From assembly GCA_029550345.1 (NCBI GenBank), contig JAKPHK010000076.1, positions 724 to 64,723 on the forward strand: a stretch of DNA of 64,000 nucleotides, written 5' to 3'. The notes beneath the pieces were generated by a model that did not search any database, had not been told where the DNA came from, and saw nothing but the letters and a program-made list of their open reading frames with translations. The stretch is from Pseudomonadota bacterium. GTDB taxonomy: Bacteria > Pseudomonadota > Alphaproteobacteria > Sphingomonadales > Sphingomonadaceae. The position numbers and the translations under genes were made by a program. Below are positions 9,111 through 19,220 of this stretch, one piece after another; position 1 is the stretch's first letter; each line of letters starts with the position of its first letter.

Positions 9111-11384
9111 TCATTCCGCCAGCTTCACAAAGCTGTCGATCACGCGCTTTGGCCCGGCGGTTTCGAATTCGATTTCCAGCTTGTTGCCTTCCTGCGCGGT
9201 GACGGTGCCATAGCCGAACTTTTCGTGGAACACGCGCGCGCCCAGGCCGATGTCGCCGCGCGGTTTGGCGGCGAAGCTGGCGGCGCTGCGGGTGGCTTCG
9301 GGCAGGCGGCGCGGGGTGGGGTCATAGGACTGGGCGCTGGCGCGCTGCCAGCCCGGACCGCGACCGGTTCCGCGGGCAACATGGGCGAAGGGATCGCTTG
9401 CCTCGCTCCACTGAGCGCGCCACAGCGAGGCACCGCCCGATAGCGTGCTTTCCTGCTCTACATGGGCTTCGGGCAGTTCGGCGATGAACCGACTGGGGAT
9501 CGAGCTGGTCCACTGACCATAGATCCGCCGGTTCGCCGCGTGCAGGATGGTGCAGCGCCGCCGCGCGCGGGTGATCGCGACATAGGCCAGGCGGCGTTCC
9601 TCCTCCAGACTGGCGAGGCCGCCTTCATCCATCGCCCGCTGGCTCGGAAATACGCCTTCCTCCCATCCGGGCAGAAACACGTTATCGAACTCCAGCCCCT
9701 TGGCGGCGTGGATCGTCATGATCGTCAACTTTTCGGCGGCGTCGCTGGCTTCATTATCCATCACCAGACTGACGTGCTCAAGGAAATCACCGAGCGTTTC
9801 GTACTCCTCCATCGCCCGGGCAAGTTCGGCAAGGTTCTCAAGGCGCCCGGCGCTTTCGGCGCTCTTTTCGGCCTGCAAGGCGGCGGTGTAGCCGCTTTCA
9901 TCCAGCACAGTGCGCGCCAGTTCGGCCGGAGTGGTTTGCCTGGCCAGATCTCGCCAGCGGGCAACATCGCGCATGAACCCCAGCAGCGTGTTGCGAGCAC
10001 GGGCAGGCAGTTCGTCGGTGTCGGCGATTTCCACTGCCGCGAGGCTCAGCGGCACAGCGCGGACGCGGGCATGGCGGTGGAGTTTTTCCAGCGTCTTGTC
10101 ACCCAGACCGCGCTTTGGGGTGTTGTAGATCCGCTCGAAAGCCAGGTCATCGCTCGGCTGCGCGATCAGCCGAAGATAAGCGAGGGCATCGCGAATTTCG
10201 GCGCGCTCATAGAAGCGGAAACCGCCGACAATCTTGTAGGGCAGGCCGATCGCGATGAAGCGGTCTTCGAACTCGCGAGTCTGGAACTGGGCGCGGACCA
10301 GGATCGCCACTTCGGCCAGTGATGCGCCTTCACGCTCAAGCCGTTCGGCCTCCTCACCGACGCGTCGGGCCTCTTCCGGGCCGTCCCAGATCCCGATCAC
10401 CCGGACCTTGTCGCCGCCATTACGTTCCGTCCAGAGTGTCTTGCCGAGCCGCTGACTGTTGGCGTCAATCAGGCCCGATGCAGCGGCGAGAATGTCGGGC
10501 GTGGAGCGATAGTTCTGCTCCAGCTTGATCACCTTGGCACCGGGGAAATCCTGTTCGAATTTCAGGATATTGGCCACTTCAGCGCCGCGCCAGGAATAGA
10601 TCGACTGGTCGTCATCGCCGACCACGCAGATGTTCTTTCGGGTCTGGGCCAGCAGCCGCAGCCACAGGTACTGGACCTGGTTGGTGTCCTGATATTCATC
10701 GACCATGATATATTTGAAGCGCTGCTGGTACTGCTCCAAGATCTCACGGTTGGCGCGCAGGATGTTCAGCATGTGGAGCAACAGGTCGCCGAAATCGCAG
10801 GCGTTCAGCGCCTTCAACCGGGCCTGATAGAGCGCATAGAACTTCTGCCCCTGGCCGTTTGCATAGGCTTCACTATCGGCAGCGGAGAGATCGGCCGGGG
10901 TCAGCCCCTTGTTCTTCCAGCGGTCGATACAACCTGCCAGCTGCCGGGCGGGCCAGCGCTTTTCGTCCAGCCCTTCGGCCTGGATCAATTGCTTGAGCAC
11001 CCGCAGCTGATCGTCGGTATCGATGATGGTATAGTTCGATTGCAGTCCGGCCAGTTCGGCATGGCGGCGCAGCATCTTGGCGGCGATGGCGTGGAAGGTG
11101 CCGAGCCACGGCATCCCTTCCACCGCCGGACCGACCAGCTGGCCGACCCGTTCCTTCATTTCCCGCGCGGCCTTGTTGGTGAAGGTCACGCACAGGATCT
11201 CGCTTGGCCAGGCAAGGCGGCTGCGTACGATATGGGCGAGGCGCGCGGTCAGCGCCGCGGTCTTTCCAGTGCCGGCCCCGGCCAGCATCAGCACCGGACC
11301 TTCGGTGGTCATCACGGCTTCGCGCTGCGGCGCGTTGAGGCCATCGATCAGGGGATCGGCGGGGGATTCGGAGGGGTGTTGCAC
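9111..11384 (-). CDS. uvrD: ATP-dependent DNA helicase UvrD/PcrA
   Basis: AGAGTGKT, TFTNKAA, DEYQD, VGDDDQSIY, LEQNYRS, TIHAAKGLEF, YVAITRA; start approximate (GTG 11384 or ATG 11405). Confidence 0.95.
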   Translation of the reverse strand: MQHPSESPADPLIDGLNAPQREAVMTTEGPVLMLAGAGTGKTAALTARLAHIVRSRLAWPSEILCVTFTNKAAREMKERVGQLVGPAVEGMPWLGTFHAIAAKMLRRHAELAGLQSNYTIIDTDDQLRVLKQLIQAEGLDEKRWPARQLAGCIDRWKNKGLTPADLSAADSEAYANGQGQKFYALYQARLKALNACDFGDLLLHMLNILRANREILEQYQQRFKYIMVDEYQDTNQVQYLWLRLLAQTRKNICVVGDDDQSIYSWRGAEVANILKFEQDFPGAKVIKLEQNYRSTPDILAAASGLIDANSQRLGKTLWTERNGGDKVRVIGIWDGPEEARRVGEEAERLEREGASLAEVAILVRAQFQTREFEDRFIAIGLPYKIVGGFRFYERAEIRDALAYLRLIAQPSDDLAFERIYNTPKRGLGDKTLEKLHRHARVRAVPLSLAAVEIADTDELPARARNTLLGFMRDVARWRDLARQTTPAELARTVLDESGYTAALQAEKSAESAGRLENLAELARAMEEYETLGDFLEHVSLVMDNEASDAAEKLTIMTIHAAKGLEFDNVFLPGWEEGVFPSQRAMDEGGLASLEEERRLAYVAITRARRRCTILHAANRRIYGQWTSSIPSRFIAELPEAHVEQESTLSGGASLWRAQWSEASDPFAHVARGTGRGPGWQRASAQSYDPTPRRLPEATRSAASFAAKPRGDIGLGARVFHEKFGYGTVTAQEGNKLEIEFETAGPKRVIDSFVKLAE

Positions 11385-11464
11385 CGGCGAACAACTAGGG
11401 AACATGGTTGGCGCGCGCAAGGCTTTCGGTTGACTTGTCCGGGGCAAACGGCAACCGCAATCCG

Positions 11465-12730
11465 ATGCACCCCGTTCGCCAGCACGCCCGCGTATTGACC
11501 GCTGCCCTGACCGGCACGGCGGTTGAGTTCTATGATTTCTATATTTACGCCACGGCGGCGGCGCTGGTCTTCGGGCCGCTGTTCTTCCCGGCGGAAAGCC
11601 AGTCCGCACAGACCATGCTGGCGTTCCTGAGCTTTGGCCTGGCCTTTGTTGCCCGGCCGGTGGGCGCGATCGTGTTTGGCCATTTCGGGGATCGGATCGG
11701 CCGCAAGTCCACGCTGGTCGCTTCGCTGATGCTGATGGGACTTTCGACCCTGCTGATTGCCTTCCTGCCGACCTATGCAATGGTCGGGTGGGTCGCGCCG
11801 CTGCTGCTGTGCGTTCTGCGGTTTGGGCAGGGCTTCGGGCTGGGCGGAGAATGGGGCGGGGCCTCGCTGTTGGCGGTGGAATATGCGCCGAAAGGGTGGG
11901 AGGCGCGGTTTGGATCGGCCCCGCAGTTCGGCGCGCCGGTGGGGTTTCTGGCGGCCAACGGCCTATTCCTGGTCCTCGGCCTGGTGCTGAGCGATGCCGA
12001 GTTCAAGGCCTGGGGCTGGCGCATCCCGTTCCTGGCGAGCGCGCTACTGGTGGGCCTCGGGCTGTGGGTGCGGCTGCGGATTGCCGAAACGCCGGCCTTT
12101 CGTGAGGCGCTGAGCCACAAGGCACCGCCCGCCGTGCCGATCGCGACGCTGATGACCCGCCATTTCGGCGCGGTTATGGCCGGCACCGCCGGGGCGGTGG
12201 CCTGTTTTGCGATCTTCTACCTGTCCACCGCCTATGCCTTGGCCCAGGGCACGACTACGCTCGGCTATGCGCGTGAAACCTTTCTGGCGGTGCAACTGGG
12301 CGCGAACTGCTTTTTCGCGCTCGGGATCCTGATTGCGGTGATCCGGGCCGATCGCACCAGCCCGCGCAGCGTCATGCTGCTGGGCGCAGGAATGACCATC
12401 GTGCTGGGCCTGCTGTTTGGACCGGGGCTGACTTCGGGTTCCCTGGCGCTTGTATTCCTGACGCTGTCCGCCGCCTTGCTGGTGATGGGCTTTGTCTATG
12501 GCCCGCTCGGTTCGTGGCTGCCGACACTGTTCCCAGTGACCGTGCGCTACAGCGGGATTTCGCTTGCGTTCAACGTCGGCGGGATCGTCGGCGGGGCGCT
12601 TACGCCGCTCGGCGCGCAGCAAATGGCACAATGGGGCCATGCCGCACAGGCCGGCTGGCTGCTTTCTGCGGCGGGGCTGCTGACGCTGGTGGGTGTAAGT
12701 CTGGCTAGAGGGCAGTCCGCAGCAGCGTGA
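11465..12730 (+). CDS. MFS transporter, metabolite:H+ symporter (MHS) family
   Basis: EFYDF, ARPVG..VFGHFGDRIGRK, QGFGLGGEWGG, WGWRIPF, ETP. Confidence 0.93.
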   Translation: MHPVRQHARVLTAALTGTAVEFYDFYIYATAAALVFGPLFFPAESQSAQTMLAFLSFGLAFVARPVGAIVFGHFGDRIGRKSTLVASLMLMGLSTLLIAFLPTYAMVGWVAPLLLCVLRFGQGFGLGGEWGGASLLAVEYAPKGWEARFGSAPQFGAPVGFLAANGLFLVLGLVLSDAEFKAWGWRIPFLASALLVGLGLWVRLRIAETPAFREALSHKAPPAVPIATLMTRHFGAVMAGTAGAVACFAIFYLSTAYALAQGTTTLGYARETFLAVQLGANCFFALGILIAVIRADRTSPRSVMLLGAGMTIVLGLLFGPGLTSGSLALVFLTLSAALLVMGFVYGPLGSWLPTLFPVTVRYSGISLAFNVGGIVGGALTPLGAQQMAQWGHAAQAGWLLSAAGLLTLVGVSLARGQSAAA

Positions 12731-13256
12731 TCCGCGCCTTGCCGACTTTGCGATCGGCAACAGCCTCCAGCCCTTTAACCTTTGGTTCCTCATCCACCGC
12801 GGTTTCGAGGCTGATCCAGGTGGCTTCGCCAATCCAGCCGAGCCGTTGCAACTTGTCGAGCGCGACCGCGCCGGCACCGGTGCCGTAAGGCGGATCGAGC
12901 AGGATCAGATCGAGCGGGGCTTTGGCCAAACCAAGCGCCAGCACCGAACCGGCCCGCACATCGCTTTCCCCGGCAGCGCGCAAATTGGCGATGTTGCTGC
13001 GCAATGCGCGCAGCGCGGCGGGGTCTTGCTCGACGAAAATGCAACTGGCTGCACCGCGCGACAATGCTTCAAGCCCCAGCGCGCCGGATCCGGCGAACAG
13101 ATCGGCGACTGCAAGGCCATCGAAATCGCCGATCCGGCTGACCAGCATCGAGAACAGCGTCTCACGGGTCCGGTCGGCGGTAGGGCGGGTGGTGTCGCCA
13201 GCAGGCGCGATCAGCTTTCGTCCCCGCCATTGTCCGGCAATGATCCGCAGGCTCAC
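12705..13256 (-). CDS. rsmD: 16S rRNA m2G966 methyltransferase
   Basis: LRIIAGQWRGRKL, RPTADR, DLFAGSGALGLEALSRGA, DPPY. Confidence 0.95.
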   Translation of the reverse strand: MSLRIIAGQWRGRKLIAPAGDTTRPTADRTRETLFSMLVSRIGDFDGLAVADLFAGSGALGLEALSRGAASCIFVEQDPAALRALRSNIANLRAAGESDVRAGSVLALGLAKAPLDLILLDPPYGTGAGAVALDKLQRLGWIGEATWISLETAVDEEPKVKGLEAVADRKVGKARITLLRTAL

Positions 13257-14209
13257 CGGCGCGGCTCCGGCTTCTTCGGACCGGGGCGTTTCGGGCCGGG
13301 TTTTCTGGCGCCGGGCTTTTTCAGCTCGGGCTTGCCGGGGCGGGGCGGGCGCGGGGCATCAGCTTTGCGCGGAGCGTCGGGCTTGCGCGGACCGGACCGC
13401 GCGATCCGGGCACGGGCCTGCTGCGGTGCGCTGAGCTTAACCTCGGTGCCAGTGCCGCCAACCAGAGCGCGGCGAAACCGCTCAACCTCGACCTGGCGGA
13501 TTTCAATCGCCTGTCCGCGCGGCAGATCGAGCAGTTCAAACGGCCCATAGGCGGTGCGCAGCAGGCGGCTGACCTCCAGCCCGAGGTGTTCGAGCACGCG
13601 CCGGACCTCTCGGTTCTTGCCCTCGGTGATTGTTACTTCGATCCACTGGTTGCGCCCTGTTCGGCGCTCCATGTTGGCGTCGATCTTGCCATAGCGAACC
13701 CCGTCGATCTCCACCCCTTCGATCAGCTCTTCCAGCTGCGCCTGGGTGATGTCGCCAAAGGTGCGCGCACGGTAGGTGCGGGGCAGGCCGGTGGCGGGCA
13801 GTTCCATTGCGCGCTTGAGTTCGCCGTCGTTGGTCAGCAGCAGCAGACCTTCGGTGTTGAAGTCCAGACGGCCGATCGGCATGACCCGCCCGGCGTCCGC
13901 CGGCAGGGCATTGCGCAGCGCGGTGTAGATCGTCGGCCGACCGGCCGGATCGCGTTCAGCAGTGATCAGCCCGGCCGGTTTGTGAAACACGAAGATCCGG
14001 GTCGGCTCCGCCGCCTTGACCGGCTTTCCGTCCACCGTAACCCCTTTGAGGTTTTTGAGCACGGTGGCCGGGGTGGTCAGCACCTCATCATTCAGCTTCA
14101 CGCGCCCGTCTGCGATCATCCGCTCAACCTCGCGGCGGCTGGCGATCCCGGCACGGGCGAGCAATTTGGCGATGCGTTCGCCTTCGCGGGGTTTTTCGGG
14201 TGCAGTCAT
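13253..14209 (-). CDS. rluB: S4-domain pseudouridine synthase (RluB-like)
   Basis: ERIAKLLARAGIASRR, GRLDFNTEGLLLLTNDG, EGKNREVRR. Confidence 0.88.
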   Translation of the reverse strand: MTAPEKPREGERIAKLLARAGIASRREVERMIADGRVKLNDEVLTTPATVLKNLKGVTVDGKPVKAAEPTRIFVFHKPAGLITAERDPAGRPTIYTALRNALPADAGRVMPIGRLDFNTEGLLLLTNDGELKRAMELPATGLPRTYRARTFGDITQAQLEELIEGVEIDGVRYGKIDANMERRTGRNQWIEVTITEGKNREVRRVLEHLGLEVSRLLRTAYGPFELLDLPRGQAIEIRQVEVERFRRALVGGTGTEVKLSAPQQARARIARSGPRKPDAPRKADAPRPPRPGKPELKKPGARKPGPKRPGPKKPEPRR

Positions 14210-14240
14210 TTTGCGCCCATAGGCGAGGACGCAGCCCGCG

Positions 14241-15401
14241 TCACCCCTCAGCCAGTGCGATCTGTTCGGCGCAGATTTCGTGCAGGCTGGTGATCCCGCT
14301 TTCCAGCGTGCCCAGCGTCAGGTGCGGAACGGCTCCGCTGGACAGCCCCTGTTGCCCCAGGGCAGCGGCGCGAAAATCCTCACTGGCGAAGACGCCGCCA
14401 TCCAGCAGTTCCCAGCTCCGCTGCCAGTGGTCGCGCGCCTTGTCGGTCTGCGGCGCCTCGGGAATCAGCATGAAATCTTCAACCAGGGTGCGGTCGTGCG
14501 CCTGCGGCCAAAGCGCCATCACGTTGATGTAATCCGGACTGATCACCAGAACGGTTGCTGGAAACAGCTGATAGGCAAAGGTGCCTACCCGGCGCAGCGC
14601 CGCCATATCGGACAGATCAACGCCGTCCAGATCCTCTGCCCGGCAGACCAGACTGCGCTGGTGCGGACCGATCTGATCGCCGCTGGTCACCCCATCGCGA
14701 AAGAACGGGCCGATTGTCTGGGCGTGGAGCCGGGCAACGTGATAGCTTTCAAGGAAAGCGTCCATGATCAGCTTCCAGTTCGACGCCACATCGTGGGTGC
14801 GGCGACGAAACAGGTGCAGGTCTGCCATGGCGAAGGCATCGAAATCCGCCCCAAGGGTACGCGCGTCGGCAAAATCCGCCACCTGATCGGGCGCGAACCA
14901 GATCAGGCCGCCCGCCTCGCAGCTGGGCAGTTCAATCAGTCCGAAATCGGACTTTTCAAGGCCAGGAAAGGTATCAGGGCGGGGCAGGGCGAGCAGACGG
15001 CCATCCGTCGCATAGGTCCAGGCGTGGTAAGGGCACGTCATGCGTTTGCCGCACTGCACCTCTGCGCCCTCGACCAACCGGGTGCCGCGATGGCGGCAAA
15101 CATTGAGGAAAACGTGCACCTGCCCCGTGCCATCACGGGTGATCAGCAGCGGCTGCCCGGTCGCATCGTGGGGCACGGTCATGTTCGGCTCGGGCAAAAG
15201 CGCCGATGGGCACAACACCTGCGGCAATCGGCTGAATAGCGCCTGCTTTTCCCGCGCCCAGTGATTCGGATCGGTATAGACCGAAGCGGGCACTGTGGTG
15301 ACGCCGCGATTGGTTCTGGTCGCCCCTACGGCAACCTCTTTCGCGAGGGCGAGTTGCCCTTCGGTGGGTTGTCTGCCAGGAATGGTGGTTGTCCTCTCCA
15401 T
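14241..15401 (-). CDS. Rieske non-heme iron oxygenase alpha subunit
   Basis: CRHRG-X-CPYHAW Rieske motif; [17 protein letters not shown] and EDF mononuclear Fe ligands. Confidence 0.92.
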   Translation of the reverse strand: MERTTTIPGRQPTEGQLALAKEVAVGATRTNRGVTTVPASVYTDPNHWAREKQALFSRLPQVLCPSALLPEPNMTVPHDATGQPLLITRDGTGQVHVFLNVCRHRGTRLVEGAEVQCGKRMTCPYHAWTYATDGRLLALPRPDTFPGLEKSDFGLIELPSCEAGGLIWFAPDQVADFADARTLGADFDAFAMADLHLFRRRTHDVASNWKLIMDAFLESYHVARLHAQTIGPFFRDGVTSGDQIGPHQRSLVCRAEDLDGVDLSDMAALRRVGTFAYQLFPATVLVISPDYINVMALWPQAHDRTLVEDFMLIPEAPQTDKARDHWQRSWELLDGGVFASEDFRAAALGQQGLSSGAVPHLTLGTLESGITSLHEICAEQIALAEG

Positions 15402-15466
15402 AGGGACTGGTCATAGCGCAATTCGCCGCTAGTTTCGCGGCAAATCTGGTTTCGTGGAGCGCGTGG

Positions 15467-16828
15467 ATGTCGACAACACTTTGGGTTCTGCTGGTTGCGG
15501 TGGTCGTGATCGGCGCTCTGGCCCAGCGAATTCCGGCACTTCGCCCCTATCTTGAGAAGGAGTCGCTTGCGGCTTTCTTCCTCGGCGTCTCGTCAGGCTT
15601 TCCCTATGCGATGATCGGCGCGACTTTGACGACAAGGCTGGCCCAGGATGGGATCGACAAGAAAACGGTCACTGCCTTCACGCTCGCCTTCCTGGTCTAT
15701 AACCTCAAGGTGTTCTGGGCCTGGATCGTTGACGGGGTGCGGCTGCCGCTACTCGGGCGTCTCGGCCAACGGGTTTCGTGGATGCTGGTGGCCGGGATCG
15801 CGGTGATCGCCGCGGTAATCAACCTGGCCCTGGTCGATCCGACCGCAGACATTGCTGCCACCGCGACCGCCGCCATTCTGGTTGGGATCGCCGGGGCAAC
15901 CTTTGACATCGTGATCGATGCCTACCGGATCGAAACGCTCAAACCCTATCAGCTTGGGGTAGGCTCGGGGATGTCGCAATATGGCTGGCGGATCGGCTCT
16001 GCCGGGGCCGGTGCCCTGGCGCTGGTCGTCGCGGCCAGGGCGGGCTGGGACAGCGCCTATATCGCCTGCGCTGCCTTTGCGATTCCCGCGATGATCACGG
16101 CACTGCTTCTGGGCGAACCATCCCGCCACCGCGACCCGGTGGAGAAGAAGGGACTGGTGGAGGTATGGAAATCGATTGCCGGGCCGTTTGCCGAGTTCTT
16201 TCAGCGCAACGGGGCGTGGCTGGTTCTGGCCTTCATTCTGGTTCACAAAATCGGCGATACCCTGGCCAATCTGACCTTCCGACTGCTGTTCGACGATCTG
16301 GGTTTCAGCAATGACGAGATTGCGATCTACGATGTCGGGGTCGGGTTTTGGGCCTACCTGATCGGAATTTTCATCGGCGGCATCGCTTATGCAAAGATGG
16401 GCTTGAAGCGTTCGGTATTGCTGGCGCTGGTCTTGATGGGGGTATCGAACTTCAGCTTTGCCGCGCTGGCCGCCGCAGGCCATTCGAACCTGGGCATGGC
16501 TGCCGCGATCGGCTTCGAAAACACCGCTTCCGGCTTTGGCGGGGTGGTTGTGGTCGCCTATTTCTCGGCACTCTGCGACCTTAGGTTCACGGCAGCACAG
16601 TATGCCCTGATTTCAGCCGGAGCCAGCGTGATCGGCCGGTTCGTGACCGGCACCACCGCCGGAGCGATAATCGAGCAGATGGGCTATGTGCAGTTCTATC
16701 TGCTGACGACGGTGCTGGCAGTGCCGGGTATCGTCCTGTTCTGGTGGATGAGCCGGACCGGCCTGGTCGATGCGGCAATGGGTACTGCAGGTGGCGGCAA
16801 TGACGGTGATCCCGAAACGCCGCACTGA
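15467..16828 (+). CDS. ampG: AmpG-family muropeptide MFS permease
   Basis: LGVSSGFP, KVFWAWIVD, ATFDIVIDAYRIE, FTAAQYAL. Confidence 0.88.
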   Translation: MSTTLWVLLVAVVVIGALAQRIPALRPYLEKESLAAFFLGVSSGFPYAMIGATLTTRLAQDGIDKKTVTAFTLAFLVYNLKVFWAWIVDGVRLPLLGRLGQRVSWMLVAGIAVIAAVINLALVDPTADIAATATAAILVGIAGATFDIVIDAYRIETLKPYQLGVGSGMSQYGWRIGSAGAGALALVVAARAGWDSAYIACAAFAIPAMITALLLGEPSRHRDPVEKKGLVEVWKSIAGPFAEFFQRNGAWLVLAFILVHKIGDTLANLTFRLLFDDLGFSNDEIAIYDVGVGFWAYLIGIFIGGIAYAKMGLKRSVLLALVLMGVSNFSFAALAAAGHSNLGMAAAIGFENTASGFGGVVVVAYFSALCDLRFTAAQYALISAGASVIGRFVTGTTAGAIIEQMGYVQFYLLTTVLAVPGIVLFWWMSRTGLVDAAMGTAGGGNDGDPETPH

Positions 16829-18136
16829 TCAGTCCGGAAACTCGCGATTGAGCCGCAGGACCTCGCCCGCAAGGTAGAGCGATCCCGCGATCAACACGTC
16901 GCCGCGCGGCGGCAGGGCGGCCAATGCCGCCGTCACATCGGCGAAAGCACCGACCGGCAGATCGGCATGGCGGGCGATCTCTTCCGGGCTGTGGGCTTCG
17001 TGGCCGGGGGCCGGGACCACTGAAAGGCTCAGCAATTTTCCCTGCAGCGGGGCGACGATCGCCGCGGGGTCCTTGTTGGCGAGCATTCCGGTAATCAGAT
17101 GGAATGGCGGCCTGCCTTCAAAAAACCGCGCAATCGCCAGCCCGGCATCGACGTTGTGCCCACCGTCGAGCCAGATACCGTGCGCACCAGCCAATTCGGT
17201 CAGCGGACCGGGGCCTAGCAATTGCAGCCGTGCGGGCCAGCGGGCGCTCCGAATTCCGCTGGCCATCGCCGCCGGAGAAACCGTTACTGCTGACTGGTGG
17301 CGCAGCATGGCGACCGCCAGAGCGGCGTTATCGGCCTGGTGCGTTCCGGCGAGGGTAGGGCGAGGCAGTGTCAGCGCACCGTGCCGGTCGGCATAATTAA
17401 TTTCGTCATCGATGCGGGCCGACCAATCCAGATCGCGGATCGCGGTTTTCGCGCCGACCTGCATTGCCTGATCGATGACAGTCTTGGTGACCTGCGACGG
17501 ATAGGCCTGGGTCACCAGCGGCACGCCGGGGCGGGCGATGCCTGCCTTTTCAAAGGCGATGCGGCACAGCGGGTCAGCAGGTACGCCCGGTTCCGGCGCA
17601 AGGAGAAATTCCTTGTGATCGATCCCCAGCGTTGCAATCCCGCAGGCGGCCTGGCCATCAAGCACATTGGTGGCATCGAACCTTCCGCCAAGACCTACCT
17701 CGATCACGCAGGCGTCGGCCTTGATACGATGGAAAGCCAGAAAGGTGGCGGCGGTGGTCACCTCGAAAAAGCTGGGGGAAAGGTCCTGCCCCAGATCGAG
17801 CACATCTTTGAGCAGTTCGGCCAGCAGATCGTCCGCGATCAGTTGGCCAGCCACGCGGATTCGCTCGTTGTAGCGGACCAGATGCGGTTTGGTGGCGGCG
17901 TGGACCGTCAGTCCTTCGGCCTCCAGCATCGCGCGCAGATAGGCGCAGGTGCTGCCCTTGCCGTTGGTTCCGGCGACATGGAATACCGGCGGCAGATCGC
18001 GCTGTGGGTTGCCGAGGCGGTCCAGCAATTCGTGGATCACCGCAAGCCCGATCCGCCCGCTTGGCAGGCTTAGCGCGCCAAGCCGGTCCAGCTGTGCCTG
18101 AACCTGCGGATTGTCTGAAATCGCGAAATCGCGCAC
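16829..18136 (-). CDS. folC: Folylpolyglutamate/dihydrofolate synthase
   Basis: HVAGTNGKGS, EVGLGGRFDATNV, WPARLQ, LDGGHN, GSLYLAGEVL. Confidence 0.96.
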   Translation of the reverse strand: MRDFAISDNPQVQAQLDRLGALSLPSGRIGLAVIHELLDRLGNPQRDLPPVFHVAGTNGKGSTCAYLRAMLEAEGLTVHAATKPHLVRYNERIRVAGQLIADDLLAELLKDVLDLGQDLSPSFFEVTTAATFLAFHRIKADACVIEVGLGGRFDATNVLDGQAACGIATLGIDHKEFLLAPEPGVPADPLCRIAFEKAGIARPGVPLVTQAYPSQVTKTVIDQAMQVGAKTAIRDLDWSARIDDEINYADRHGALTLPRPTLAGTHQADNAALAVAMLRHQSAVTVSPAAMASGIRSARWPARLQLLGPGPLTELAGAHGIWLDGGHNVDAGLAIARFFEGRPPFHLITGMLANKDPAAIVAPLQGKLLSLSVVPAPGHEAHSPEEIARHADLPVGAFADVTAALAALPPRGDVLIAGSLYLAGEVLRLNREFPD

Positions 18137-18141
18137 GCGGC

Positions 18142-18990
18142 TCAGGCCGCCTTGGCCGCCGTCAGATAGTCCAGCAGCGACGCCAGCGTTTCCTTCAGGT
18201 CGCGGCGGTGCACCACCATATCGACCATGCCGTGCTCGTGCAGATATTCAGCGCGCTGGAACCCTTCGGGCAGCTTTTCGCGGATGGTGTCCTGGATCAC
18301 GCGCTGACCGGCAAAGCCGATCAGGCAGCCCGGCTCGGCGATATGAATGTCGCCCAGCATGGCATAGCTGGCGGTAACCCCGCCGGTGGTCGGATCGGTC
18401 AGCACCACGATATAGGGCAGGCCAGCGCGGTTGAGGCGACTGATCGCTACAGTGCACTTGGGCATCTGCATCAGGCTGAGGATGCCCTCCTGCATCCGTG
18501 CGCCGCCGGCGGCGGTGCAGATCACATAACCGCACTTTTCCTTGATCGCCCGGTCGGCCCCGGCCACGAAGGCCGCGCCCACGGCCATGCCCATCGATCC
18601 GCCCATGAAAGCGAAGTCCTGAACGCCCAGCACAACTTTATGCCCATCGATCGCACCCAGCGCATTGGTCAGCGCATCGGGATGCGGATTGGCCGCACGG
18701 GCTGCCTTGAGCCGGTCCGGATACTTCTTCTGATCCTTGAACTTGAGCGGGTCTTCCTTGACCTTGGGCGTGTCGAGAACCTTGAATCCCTGGTCGAGCA
18801 GCTGCGCAAAGCGCGCATCGGCGCCGATTCTGCCATGATGCTCACAGCGCGGACAGACCGAGAGGTTTTCCTCATACTCCTTGGTGAAGAGCATCTCCTT
18901 ACAGGAAGGGCACTTCGTCCAGAGGTTATCGGGGGTGTCGCGCTTGTCGGTAAACGGCAGCGCTTTGCGTACGCGGTCAATCCAGCTCAT
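18142..18990 (-). CDS. accD: Acetyl-CoA carboxylase carboxyltransferase beta subunit
   Basis: Zn finger [34 protein letters not shown]. Confidence 0.98.
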   Translation of the reverse strand: MSWIDRVRKALPFTDKRDTPDNLWTKCPSCKEMLFTKEYEENLSVCPRCEHHGRIGADARFAQLLDQGFKVLDTPKVKEDPLKFKDQKKYPDRLKAARAANPHPDALTNALGAIDGHKVVLGVQDFAFMGGSMGMAVGAAFVAGADRAIKEKCGYVICTAAGGARMQEGILSLMQMPKCTVAISRLNRAGLPYIVVLTDPTTGGVTASYAMLGDIHIAEPGCLIGFAGQRVIQDTIREKLPEGFQRAEYLHEHGMVDMVVHRRDLKETLASLLDYLTAAKAA

Positions 18991-19045
18991 GGGCGGGGCT
19001 TTAGCCTAGAGTTCTGGCCATGGCGAGTGGGGAAAGGGCTGAATG

Positions 19046-19220
19046 GTTCACGCAGAGGCGCGGAGAAAGAAAAGTGGAGGCGCGGAGGTGTCATACCTGC
19101 GGCGAAGCCGGTTTTTGAATCCGACTGATCGATGGCACCGTCGCCAGAAAACTAGGCTGCCTTCGGTGAGAAGCGCAGCACTCCGCGCCTCCACTTGCTT
19201 CTCTGCGCCTCGGCGTGAAC
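19046..19220. repeat. REP/MITE-like inverted-repeat element (~175 bp)
   Basis: GTTCACGCAGAGGCGCGGAGA..AAGTGGAGGCGCGGAG (19046-19087) inverted against CTCCGCGCCTCCACTT..TCTCTGCGCCTCGGCGTGAAC (19181-19220). Confidence 0.8.

Noticed and set aside
11385-11780. Long N-terminal extension of UvrD in the ORF track
   Set aside because: Overlaps the divergent MFS gene; UvrD homology begins near DPLIDGLN.
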